Shown: piece by piece, positions 38,700 through 50,200 of the stretch
Numbering within the stretch: the first letter of the stretch is position 1
How the letters are laid out: each line of letters opens with the position of its first letter
DNA from: Moniliella sp. 'wahieum'
Lineage: Eukaryota
Direction: 5' to 3'
NCBI GenBank assembly: GCA_003971905.1
Contig: RSEE01000171.1
Coordinates: forward strand, 1 to 55,478
DNA: 55,478 bases
The notes under the pieces: generated by a model
What the model saw: only the letters and a program-made list of their open reading frames with translations
Database searches by the model: none
What the model was told of the DNA's origin: nothing
Program-made: the position numbers and the translations under genes

Positions 38700-39170
38700 T
38701 TAATGAACCAGGGGGATTGCCAGGATATGAGGTCCCTCTGGTGCCCGCCATCCGTTCCCATACCCTAGGAAGAGCGTGTGGACATGGATGAACGTGGTAG
38801 ACTTCTGAGCGAGAAACCATTTCCATTGAGACACAGTAGCCAAATCCTTCCAGTGCGCGACGATCTTGCCCGCCGTCTTGGTGCCGTAGTATCCTCGCGT
38901 CTTCAAAACCAAGGGGAAAAACGGCTCTTGAGTGCGTCCCTGGTACTTGGCGTTGTTGTCGCATTCTTCTTGTTCCAGCAGCCGAAGCAGCTCCTTCCCC
39001 CAGCGTTTCAAAGGCGTCGCGGTACTCTCATGCACCACCCTCCGGTTCGCGCCCTGCGCCTCCTGCGTTCCCGTGTCGCGCAGCGTGTGGTCCACCTCTA
39101 ATTCTGATCCTCCGATTGCCCCGGGCCCCATCACGCGGTAGTTAACCCTAACCCAGGATGCCAATCGGGT
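38700..39170 (-). mobile_element. Probable degenerate restriction-like endonuclease (RLE) C-terminus of a CRE-clade non-LTR retrotransposon (partial copies at 29546-29857 and 34120-34431)
   Basis: RVNYRVMGPGAIGGSELEVDHTL resembles R.D.R..G......E.D.(S/T). LLEQEECDNNAKYQGRTQEPFFPLVLKTRGYYG..HWK resembles E..K..KY....F.P.V.s.gG. No native ATG and no RT domain in the window. Confidence 0.5.
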
Positions 39171-39264
39171 TGGGCATGTCCATCCAGATGGGGAGATAGA
39201 TCGTCATTCCCCTCGTCTGGGAGGTTGACTAGTGACCGTGTGGTTTTTGGTGTGGCCCTTTAGC

Positions 39265-39610
39265 CTCGCGTGCCGACGCGACGCGGTCGCGTAGCGTCGC
39301 GTCCCGCGATATCTGATACCCAGTAAACTAGCAGCAATTCCGCGCTGAGGCACGGGGCCGCACTAAGCCGCGTCGTCGCGTGGCAGCGCGGGCCACGCGG
39401 ACGCGTCTTTTTTAGTCCCGCGTCACTCGTCACGCGTCACAGGGCGGATGCGGATGCGCGCTTGGCTCCTCCCACGCCGCAACGCGACGCGATCTGTGGC
39501 TTGTTACTGTTCGACGCAACTTGCACACTCGCGCGTCGCGCGCGCATCACGCTTCTCGGTCCAGTCTTGCGTTGGACAGTTCTCCTTCCGCGTTTCGCGT
39601 TTCGCGTTCG
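39265..39610. promoter_or_regulatory. MCB/SCB-like G1/S promoter cluster of RNR2
   Basis: Perfect ACGCGT at 39401 and 39432, about twenty CGCG cores in total, and tandem TTTCGCG (reverse of CGCGAAA) at ~39593-39606. Confidence 0.75.
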
Positions 39611-39710
39611 TTTCGTTTCGTTTCGGTTTGTTTTGTTTTGTTTCGTTTCCACACACCATCACCCCCCCCCGCCAACCAACTTCTCCTTCTGTGTCCCTCT
39701 GCCGCCAGAA

Positions 39711-40990
39711 ATGACGCCTGCTGCTTCCACGTACGATGCTGCTCATCCCGAGTTTGCCACGCTCAACATGACTGATGTCGAGAAGGCCAAAGCGGCGACC
39801 AAGGCCGTGAGCGTGCCCACTCACCCGCTCGATTCGATCGAACATCGATTTGTTGGCGAGCTGGATCTGGACGAGAAGGAGGAACCTTTGCTCAAGGAAA
39901 ATCCTCGCCGCTTTGTTCTTTTCCCCATCAAGTTCAATGAGGTACGTTGTGCGCCTGCCGGTTTCGTCGCGTCTGTGCGAGTGTGCCTTGTCGTGATGGC
40001 GTGGTGGCGTGGTGACTTGGTGACGTGGTGAGGCTCCTAACTAATCGCTCTCTGCAGATCTGGCAGTTTTACAAGAAAGCCGAGGCGTCCTTTTGGACGG
40101 CGGAAGAGATGGATCTGTCCAAGGATCTGCACGACTGGGACACCAAGCTCAACGACAACGAGCGTCACTTTATCTCCCACGTTCTCGCGTTTTTCGCTGC
40201 GTCGGATGGGATTGTGAATGAGAACTTGGTGGAGCGCTTTTCGCAAGAAGTGCAAGCGGCCGAAGCACGGTGCTTTTACGGATTCCAAATCATGATGGAA
40301 AACATCCATTCGGAAACGTACTCGTTACTGATTGATACCTACATTCGCGACCCGGCGCAACGCGAGTACCTGTTTGACGCGATGGAAACCATTCCGGTCG
40401 TCAAGCAAAAAGCTGAATGGGCTATGCGGTGGATCTCGGACGACCGATCGGCATTTTCGGAACGCCTAGTAGCGTTTGCAGCGGTCGAAGGTATTTTCTT
40501 TTCGGGGTCGTTTGCGTCCATCTTTTGGCTAAAGAAACGTGGGTTGATGCCCGGCTTGACTTTCTCCAACGAACTCATCACGCGTGACGAGGGACTGCAC
40601 ACCGACTTTGCTTGTCTCTTGTTTGCTCACCTGCACAAACGCGCCCACCCGGACACGGTGCAAAAGATCATCACTGAGGCAGTGGCTATTGAACAATCGT
40701 TCCTTACGGATGCGCTGCCCGTCGCGCTGATTGGAATGAACGCCAAGTTGATGTGCCAGTACATTGAATTTGTCGCGGACCGACTGCTGGTGGCGCTGGG
40801 CAACGATAAGGTGTACCACGCTGCGAACCCATTCGACTTTATGGAGAACATCTCGCTCCAGGGCAAGACGAACTTTTTCGAGAAGAAGGTGGCAGAGTAC
40901 GCGATTGCCGGGGTCAACCATAACGAAAACGACGATGGCGATGGCGTGGCCAAGGACGTGCATGCGTTTACGATGGACGAGGACTTTTAA
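39711..40990 (+). CDS. RNR2: Ribonucleoside-diphosphate reductase small subunit
   Basis: Motifs [75 protein letters not shown], and C-terminal FTMDEDF. Intron 39942-40057. Confidence 0.98.
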
Positions 40991-41952
40991 ACGACAAAAG
41001 TGCCGTGGGGTATCGTGTCGTGTGCGTGCACTGCGCTCTCTTCTGTCTCTGTCTGTCTGTCTGTCTCTCTGTCTGTGTATCTTGGGTTTTGCTATTAGTA
41101 TTTGGTACACTCTTGTGGCTGGGGTAGACATGGTGTCTGGTCGTGGTCGTAGGGGTAGGGTGTTCGCGGCAGCGACGGGGGTGGGTGGTGGTTCCACCCA
41201 GTAGCCACTGGGGCTGTGGAGGACGTGGCGAGGAAGACGGATGGAGCGATGGCCGGCTCCATCGGGCGGGGGAGATGTGGTTGAAGATAGAAGATTGAGG
41301 AGGATGAGGATGGAGGAGGAGAGGAGGGAGGGAGGATGGAGGAGGGGCGGGATGAGTAGGATGGTGTTGAGATAAGAGGATTGGAGATAGAGGTGACCGG
41401 TTGAAGATAGAGGCGAAGACAGAGGTGAAGCTTGCAGAGGGCCAGGTGGAAACGCAGATGTGAAATGTGCAATCTCTGAGACGATCTGCGATCTGGGCAA
41501 GAAGGACTGAGGCGAGGCGGTGAGTGGGACACTGGCCCTGTGCTGGATCGGCTGGCAATCGGCGCGAGGCGCTGTGGTGCGCCGGCCGTGGCGTGGCCGG
41601 TGACTGACGCATGACTAGTGACTAGTGGCTGCACTCGTGCCGGTGCCAAGCAATGCATTGCATCATGCATGATGCATGATGCCTGGTGATTAAAATCATC
41701 CGCCCTCAGATTCAGACGCAGCCCAGACGGGACGCTTCTTGGGGCGCAGCAGACAGCCGCTGGGGGGACACTTTGATCTTGTCCTTCCCGTGTTCCTCTC
41801 GTCCTCCATCTCTGCCTCTCTGCCTCCACCCCCCCCTCCCTCCATGGCGCTCCGGCTGGATGCGCACCACTACCCCCTGCGCCCCCCACCCCACCCCCCT
41901 CCGCTGCCGACCAGGCCGAGCCGCTCCTCGCCCGCCCCACCCGCTCCGCCCG

Positions 41953-44900
41953 ATGACGACCGCGCGCCCCCCCCCCCCGCTCCACACCCTCCAGCAGCAG
42001 ACCTCGTGGCTGCCCTGGCGCTCCTCCTCCCCGTCCTACTCCCTCCTCGGCTCGCCGTCCCGCCCGCGCGCTCGCCCTCGCGCTCGCCTGAGCCGGCGTC
42101 CAGTCGTTCTTCTTGCCGCGGCGGCCTCCCTGCTGGCTGCGCTGCCCCTTCTTTTTCTTCTCCATCGCCACCGCACCGCCCGCCCCCTCCTTCCTCCTGC
42201 CTGCCAGCAGCACTCCACCCCCTGCCTCCGCAGCTACAGGCACGCCTGCACCCGGCTCAGCATTCAGCAGCCCTCAGTATACCCCATCTGACCTTCTTGG
42301 CACCTACCTCACCTCGTCCAAGCTCGTGCTCACCGATCCCTATCGACTAGCCCACTCGTCCGTCGATCCCGACACGATCGATGCGCCCTCGCTCGACATG
42401 GACCTTGCACCCAGCCCTGCGACCGGGTGGCCACTTGCGCCCGGGTCTGATCCCGCCGCACGCATCAATCCCTCTGCCGTCTACACACCCAAGTGGGCCG
42501 TCGAACCGCTCCTGCGCCCCGTCGAAGCTTACCGGACCATCACGTCGGACGATACTTGTCTGGTAGAATGGGTGCGCGACGGCTCGATTTGTTCTAGCCT
42601 GCAAGCGCAGTATGGGGCCAATCCTACCCCCGCCCCAGCGCATTTGCCTCCGATCGACATGCTGTTTACCTGGGCCAACGGGTCCGACCCACTGCACGAA
42701 CAGGCCAAACAGTATTGGGCCTATTGCTTCACGGCGTATACTGCGTCGGCGCGCGAGGCCTACTGCCCGCACCCGTACGACCTCCATGCCAATGGTTCCC
42801 TCACCCTCGCCCCGACCGTCCAGGACGAGTACAACACTAAATTTGATGCTTTCCTTCGTGACATTTACCCGCTTTTGCGTAAAGCTGAAAAAGGTGTCCA
42901 CGACCAAGATTACTTTGCCCGACGTAATCGCGAGAAGAAAATCGGTTCCAGTACCTCCCGTTTCTTGTACGTCCCCTCCTCCATCCCCCCCCTCTCTCTG
43001 CCTTCACTTTCCTCCTCCTGCTGTTGAGGTGTTGCTTTCCACTACGTTGTGTTCGCTCCCATGAGACTGATACTGATCCGTTTGGTTACGCAGCGAGATG
43101 GACGAGTTGCGCTACGCCATTCGTACCGCCGTCCAATTCCTCGCCCACCTCGGTACGGTCCACATCATCTCGCCCGACTACCCGCGTTCAGCATTGGAGA
43201 GCATGGCGCGTGCCGAAGGGCTGCGTACAGGCCGGCCTGCGCACGAGGTGCTGGAGGAGCACAAGGCTACCCTCGACCTCTACACCGACCCGTTGGATGG
43301 TGCGGAACGAGCGGGCCAACGACCCGTCTGGCTCGATCCTCGTTCCCCCTCGGTTTTGGTGGGAGAAAAAGCAATCACGCAGGCTGCTGTGCCGGGTGGA
43401 CCGGGTAGCCCGACCCCCATGTTGCGGCTGCACCACGACTGGTCGCTGTTCCGCCCGCTGGACACGACGGCGCCACCCAAGGGAGGCAAAGAGGCGAAGG
43501 AGCGTGCGCAGCGGCGCAAGCTCGCTTTGTTACCTACGTTCAACTCGATGGCCGTCGAGTCGGCGCTAGACCCTGCGGTGCCTGTGGAAGCTGGTGGATT
43601 GCACACGAGCAGCGATACACTGTTACTGTCGAACGATGATTTTTTCCTCTTGCGCACAGTGGGGCACCACGACATCCACTCGCCGCTGTACGGGTTGGTC
43701 CTGCGCTTCCAGCACGATTTGGGCGTCGACGCAGCGTCGCAGATCGCATGGACCGATGCGGGGGAATGGCCCGGGCTCAAAATGGTGTCGCACGTACTGG
43801 ACCGACGGTTTGGCGAGCGACACCGACGGTACCCTTTGCACGTGCACCGTGGAGTGTCAGCAAGCTTGGTGCACGAAGCGCACCTGATGTTTCGGGAAGA
43901 AGTGCTTGCAGGCATGTACGCGCGATTTCGTGGTGCAGGCAAAAACGTGGTTATGCACCACTTGGTCTTCAACATGGTTATGGAACGGCACCGCGAAGCC
44001 GCACTGTGGTCGTACTGTCTCCTCGTACTGGATGCCAACCAAGATGGTCAGATTGACTGGTTCGAGTTCCAAGCGCTCCGACGCACGTTTGCCCGGCACC
44101 ACGTTGGCGCACACGATCTGGAGCCCGGTACGGACCAAGGGAAAGCTGAAGCGGCGTACCGCCACGCCCACCCGGCGTGGGCGAGCGAACCGCCCAGCGC
44201 GCACCGGTCCGCCGAACGCGTGCTCACCCCACGCAGAACAACCTTGGTGGAACATGAGGTCCATGCCCGCCATGCCGCGGTGGGATTGGCATCGACCACA
44301 GCGGCCAGCGTGTACCGGTTCAGTTCGTGGGACGGGTACGGCCTGGCTGACCTGTACGCCAATGCGGTCAATTTGTTTGGCAAGTCGACCTTGGGTAAAC
44401 CGATGGTCTGGCACGGTGCGGGATGGCCTTGGTTCATCCCGGACCCGGAGCGCGAAGCTCAGCGTCACAAGCTCCAGGCCGCCATGGAGGGCGAACGGTT
44501 AAAGCAGCTCGCTGCCGCTGCGGCTGTAGCAGCCGCCTCGGCTTTTGGGTCCACTGGTCCGCCTACTCTGCCTCTGACGGGCGATGCGGGGCACGCCTCA
44601 CCACCAGCCACTGGTGCAAGTCCCACTCCCAGTCCCGGTCGCAGTAGCAGTGCGTGGTCAGGCGCGGTGAACGCGACGCCTGGGTGGGACGAAGGGGCAG
44701 CGCGGACGCCCTATGAGGAAGATACGGATCCGCAAGGCGATGTAGCATGTACGATCGAGTGGAAAGCGTGTTTGGCTGATGCTGGGATGGAGTGGATGGG
44801 AACTGACGAAGCACATGCACGTACGGTCACCTGGCCCGCACACGAATTCTTTACTCACCTTGCCTTTACCGCTCCTCACTGCGGTGACTGTCTTTTGGTT

Positions 44901-45504
44901 CACCTCGTTCAGCGCTCGGGCGCACACGGATTACGCGCCCTCCTCCCCCCTGCCCATGTTCGCTTACCGGGTCCCTGGCGCGCCGACGCAGTACCGGAAC
45001 CGTACCTCCCCTCGCGGCCGAACGTGGGATGCACGTGCACACGAAAACGAAAACGGAAACGACAATGGCGTACGAGGGTGCAACTTTAGTGTCGCAGCTG
45101 TGACGCAGCACTTGGGCTGGGGCGCGCGCTCGGCCCAAGTACTGGTAGCAAGGCTGTTACAACGGTATGCGTATACCGTCGCGGCTACCCCGGCACGATT
45201 CACACGTTTGGGCGCCGGAGGCGTAAGTCAGACACGGACCATGTTGCAAGAAGTACTCGCCCATGCTCCCACCCATCGCTGGCCACCAAACCCAAACACA
45301 AACGCAAACGCAAACGGAAACGGAAACGCAAACTCAAAAGGAGACCAAGTGGCAGAAGAAGAGGACCATACCTCGCTCGCCATGTTGGCTGTCAATGACG
45401 ATATTGGCGACCACGTGAAATCGCATGCGATCGTCGCTACGTTTACGCGCTGGTTGGAAGCCACGTTTCCGACCGCGCAGTGGAAAACCCCGTTTGAACG
45501 GTAA
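41953..45504 (+). CDS. Stealth-family sugar phosphotransferase, Xpt1-like (xylosylphosphotransferase), type II membrane protein
   Basis: N-terminal TM VVLLAAAASLLAALP. CR1 PIDMLFTWANGSDP. CR2 SRF..MDELRYAIR, LPTFNSMAVES, LSNDDFFL. Also GEWPGL, RRFGERHRRY, RFRG and CR4 MLAVNDDI. Intron 42967-43093. Frameshifts at ~42147 and ~45020. Confidence 0.88.
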
Positions 45505-47265
45505 ACGCCCACACCCACACCCACGTCTACGCCCGCGGCAGCCTCGCCCCACCCAACCTAGGACGAGGGACCACACGCTCTCTTCTGTTCTGTTTTGTTC
45601 TATTCTGTTCTGTTTTGCCTCTGTCGCGTTGAGGTCGGATGGGGTCCGACCGGGTCCAAGCTGGGTAACCTTGGGCTCAAGCTACGTTAGCAACCTACAC
45701 TGCACTCCCTCCTTCCATCTGTTTTTACCTTGTGCGTTGCCTGTGTGTGCTCTGTGCGGAAGCTGTGCGCGTTCCGCCCATGGCTGGGGCCACGGCGTGT
45801 ACAAACAAACGCATTCGTTCGTCCTGCCTGCTTCACGTTCACGTTCATGTTTGCGTTCTTGTTCTTGTTCTGGTTTTGTTCTGGGTTTGTTCTTATTCTT
45901 GTCCATGATGGTATTGTTTGGATGGGAAGCAGGGGCGGTGGTTGGGTAGGAAGGGGTTGGTGGAGGGGGGGGAGGGTACGAGCCACACCTGGGTCGTCGT
46001 ATGTGCGACTCCTGGAGGGCGGAAGAGATACGTGCAGGATTATCGGTGAGAGGGCTGGGGTCGAGGGTCGAGGCTAGACCGGGTAGACAGAGACATGCTA
46101 CTGTGGGTCACGGTAGCTAGTAGGTAGCCACAGACGGTCGTTTTGCTTTTTTTTCGTCTATACTTGTGCCAGACCAACAGTGACCGGGACCACGTGGAGT
46201 AGTGACGCAGCGGTTAGCGTGTGAGATTGCAATTGTGCCCCACGCCTGTGTGGGCAGGTGCTTCATCTTGAAGTCGTTGGTTCAAGTCCGACCTACTCCT
46301 GTCTTTTTTTCTGTTTGACGGGCCGAGCGGGAGGGAATGTGGAGCAGGAGGGAATGTAGAGCAGGAGGTCACGTGGGTCGTGTGACGGTGAGATTGAGAT
46401 GTGAGATGGATGAGCAGATGCTGGCAGCTGCTGGATGCGGAATGGGTGGGGTGCTACTTCGGGTATATACGCAAGGGGGTGCGCGTGGCTGGCATGCCCA
46501 AGTGCAAGGGGGGCTGCGAGGAGCACAGGCCAGCACAGGCCAGCACAGGCCAGCACAGGCCAGCACAGGCTCGGATTGTGCGTCGGCAGGCGGAGTGTGT
46601 GTCGCATGTCACATGTCACATGTCAATCCCCGCCGCCGCCATGCCGTATGCAGAAACCATCATCGATCATGCGTCGTTTGTCGCCACGCACCCTGCCGCT
46701 GTGGTGTCACATGTCACATGTCACATGTCACATGCCCCACGTCACCTGTCAGACGCATGTCAGGGCAGCCCGCAGCAGGCCCACTTCCTGCCCGCGCACC
46801 TGCGCTGTGCCCTGTGGTGCCATGCCCATGACCAGCAGCTCCACCCCGCCGCACGGCACGGCGCCAGCCGCCCCTGCCGGCGGGTGATCTGCAGCTGCCA
46901 TGTTCACACTGCCGACGTTCCGAGCTGCCGCATGCGTCATGCATGTCATGCTTCATGCTTCATGTCAAGCTTTTGCACTCCGCTCAGCACGCCCCCCCGC
47001 AGAACCATCCATGCACGGCGCCTGTCACGGCCTGTGCCCAGCAGGTGCTGTCTGCCCAGCCGGCACGCCCACACCCACACCCCCACCACCCACACCCGCA
47101 TCCCCACCACCACCACCACCCCACCACCCCTCCTCCTCCCCCTCATCCCCTCTCCCTGCCGCGCTCTTTCTCCTCCACTCCTTACGCCTCCACCCCCCCC
47201 CCCACCCGCGGCCGCCTCTCCCTGTCCCTGTCCTCCCCCTGGTGGTGTGCGCGCCCAACCGCACC

Positions 47266-50200
47266 ATGCGTCTCCACCGCCGCCTCCTCGCCCTCCCACT
47301 TGCCCTCACCCTCACCCTCACCCTCACCCCTCGCCCTCGCCCTCGCCCTCGCCCTTGCCCGCGACGCCCACGCCCACCAGCTCAGGCCACTCGCGCCCGA
47401 CCTCCCGTCCCGCCACCGCCACCTTGCCCGCCTCCCCGCCCACGCCCCCCCCGCCCTTGCCGCGCGACGCGTCGGACAAGTCGTCGGACGAGTGGTGGGA
47501 ACACCTCCTCAATAATGCAAGGGTAGCCACCCAATCTGCTGTCTCCTCCTCTTTTTCTTCTTCTTCCTCTTCTTCTCCTTCCCCCCCCTCTTCTTCTTCT
47601 CTTTCCCCCTCCCCCTCCGCCACGCGCCAGAGTTCTCCGCTCCCACACCCCTCTGTCGACCGTCCCAGCTCCAGCTCTAGCTTCAGCTCCAGCGCGAGCT
47701 CCATCTCTAGCTCCATCTCCAGCTCCAGCGACAGTTCCTCATCGAGCAAGGCACCTACGCAAAGTAAGCCGACGCATTCAAGCTCCGCAACCCGTCACCC
47801 CGGCCCCGTACCCCTCTGCTTCCTCCGCCTTGTCCTCAAGCGACCCGTCGAGCTCCTCTTCTCTCTCCTCCCTCCTCCTCCACGATCAGACTCGTCCGCG
47901 TCCGCGTCCACGTCCCCAGCTGGAGCCCCTCCAGCCCCCCTGTCCAGCACCGTTCTTCCTCTTCGTCTGACCTGGCAAGTAGTGATAGTTGGACCGTGAC
48001 CGTGACCGTGACTGCGTCTTCACCTGGATCGACCACGACCAGATGGGATCCGTCCAGTTCGACGGTGTTGCCTCTAGCCCCTCTCCGTACCACTCCCACC
48101 ACTCCCCGACGGATACCTGGACGGATACCTGGACGGACACCTCGACGGACACCTCGACGGATACCTGGACAGATACTTGGACGGATACCTGGACGGATAC
48201 TTGGACGGATACCTGGACGGATACTTGGACGTCTGCACCTGAGTCTGCTTCGCCCACTTGGTCCAGCCCAACCCCAGTTTCGGCTTCAGCGTCCGCCAGT
48301 GCATTTTCTCCTACGCCTTCGAGCACCCGGCACCACCGTCCGTGGTCCAGTTCGTCCTCAGCGTCAGACTCGGCGTCGGACTCGGACTCAGCCTCGTGGA
48401 GCTTGAGCAGTCCCTGGTGGTCTCCTTCACCCTCGTCTTGGCCAGCCAAGTTCGGTAGACAGCCCGACGGACGTCTCGTCTGATAGTTCGTGGTGGTCGC
48501 CAAGTTCGAGCTGGGAGTGGACGCCGAGTTCGAGCGCCGAGTGGACGCCCAGTTCCAGCTGGGAGTGGACGCCAAGTTCGACGGAGTGGATGCCAAGTTC
48601 AAGCGCCGAGTGGACACCAAGTTCGACGGAATGGATGCCCAGTTCGAGCTTGGAGTGGACACCGAGTTCGAGCTTGGAGTGGACACCAAGTTCGAGCTTG
48701 GAGTGGACGCCAAGTTCAAGCGCGGAAAGTTGGTCTCCCTCTTCCTCTCCTTACCCCCATCATTACAGTCCGACCACCTCAAGCGACGCGACACCGGTCT
48801 CACCCACTTCCTCGGCTGACGGTAGCTCCCCTGGTTCGTCTAGCTCCCTCGTCTGGGGAAGCAGCTCTAGCGTGGTGTCGGGGTCGGACAGCAGCTCGGT
48901 ACCGGCTTCTGGCACCAGCTCCGTGTTTGGATCTGGATCTGGATCTGGTTCCGGTTCGGGATGGAGCTCGATTTCTGGTTCCAGCTTTGCTTCGGACTCC
49001 ATCAGCCTAGCCTCGTCCGCCTACCCGCTTCGAGCGCGCAATGGTCGGGTGGCAGTGCATCCAGACGTGGGGCAATTACGGTACGTCGTCTACTTTGTCT
49101 TATACGGCAATCTCCTCGGACGCTACCGCGACCCTCTTACGTTTACGGATACGGATCCGACGGACTCGTTTTCTGTTGCCGCTTCGGTTCCATCTGCTTC
49201 GGGATCGAGTGGGTCCGGGTCCGGGCCCGGGTCCGCATCAAGTTTGTCAGAGCCGTCGGCGTCGAATAGCGAGTCGCAAGATTCTGGCAGCAGCTCGGCT
49301 ACGTCCTCTTTGTCTGCATTGGCCAGCTCCGAGTCCCAGGGCAGTTCCAGCTCCGAGTCCCAGGGCAGTTCCAGCTCCGAGTCTCAGGGCAGTTCCGGTA
49401 CCCGATCGAGTACACCACCTTATTACAACTATGCGCCAAGCGCGCGCTGCTGCTTCCTACCAGCTCTTCTTTCTCAGGCTCCATCAGCCCCGCCGAATCG
49501 AACAGTGGCTACTCGCCTGGCGCCACGGTATCCTACTCTTCCTCTGTGGCACCTGCGTCGTCCTCGGCGTTGCCAGCCCCTCTTCCCGCGACGATTGCGC
49601 CGATGAACGGTAGTCCGCAACAGCCGATCAACACGACCAGCATTTCTCTGCTGTTTAACCAGTCGGTCATGTGGTCCGATGTGGCGGGTCCGAGTGCGGG
49701 CGAACTTCCGGCGCAGTTGTTCAGTTTTATGCCTACGGTCGTTGCTACGGGTCTGGGCATTTCGCCAGCCCAAGTGATCACGTATGGACTGCAAGCGTAC
49801 CACGGTAACGGTCAAGTGGACTCGACCAACTGGCATTCACAAACGACGTACGAGGCGTACATACCTAAAGGTTTGGTGGCAGCATTGCAAGATGCAGTCA
49901 ACCATCCTGCCTCGGCCTTGTTCACCAATCAAACGCATGGGATCAATGCGCAACTAGCCTCGTTCATCACGCCGGGGTTCAACGTGCTCTCCGGCGCGGG
50001 GAACACCAAGTCAGCGCAGCTCAATGCGTCCGGTACAGGCAACGGGCACAAGAATACGGTACGGGACGCGTTGATTGGGGTATTTGTACCGCTTGTCGTC
50101 CTGCTCGCTGGGGCACTGGGGGCGTGCTACTATGGAAAAAGAAAAAGGACGTAAGGGACGCTGCGCTAGCACGGGAGAAACGCGAAACGGACGAACCGGT

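Larger units (their letters stand above)
27881..39011. repeat. Near-identical tandem array with an ~4576-bp unit, about 2.4 copies
   Basis: OPT start codons lie at 28678, 33254 and 37832. The right-hand identity boundary cagcgtttcaa ends at 29857, 34431 and 39011. Spacer 29858-31387 is repeated at 34432-35963. Confidence 0.97.

Noticed and set aside
39143..39154. TAACCCTAACCC as a telomere seed or telomerase RNA template
   Set aside because: It is only two repeat units, lies inside the putative retroelement frame and has no supporting structure. This is plausible by chance in 55 kb.
10364..45504. Biosynthetic or glycosylation gene cluster (AIF-like, OYE, nucleotide-sugar transporter, OPT, Xpt1-like)
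   Set aside because: There is no backbone enzyme, and the genes are interleaved with housekeeping genes (uS17m, Rrn5, RNR2). The transporter and Xpt1-like gene are ~18 kb apart and the transporter substrate is unknown.
48490..48819. Alternate-frame ORF with AKFELGVD repeats that looks like a repeat protein
   Set aside because: It is a by-product of the Msb2 minisatellite. The Ser/Thr-rich frame continues into the mucin.
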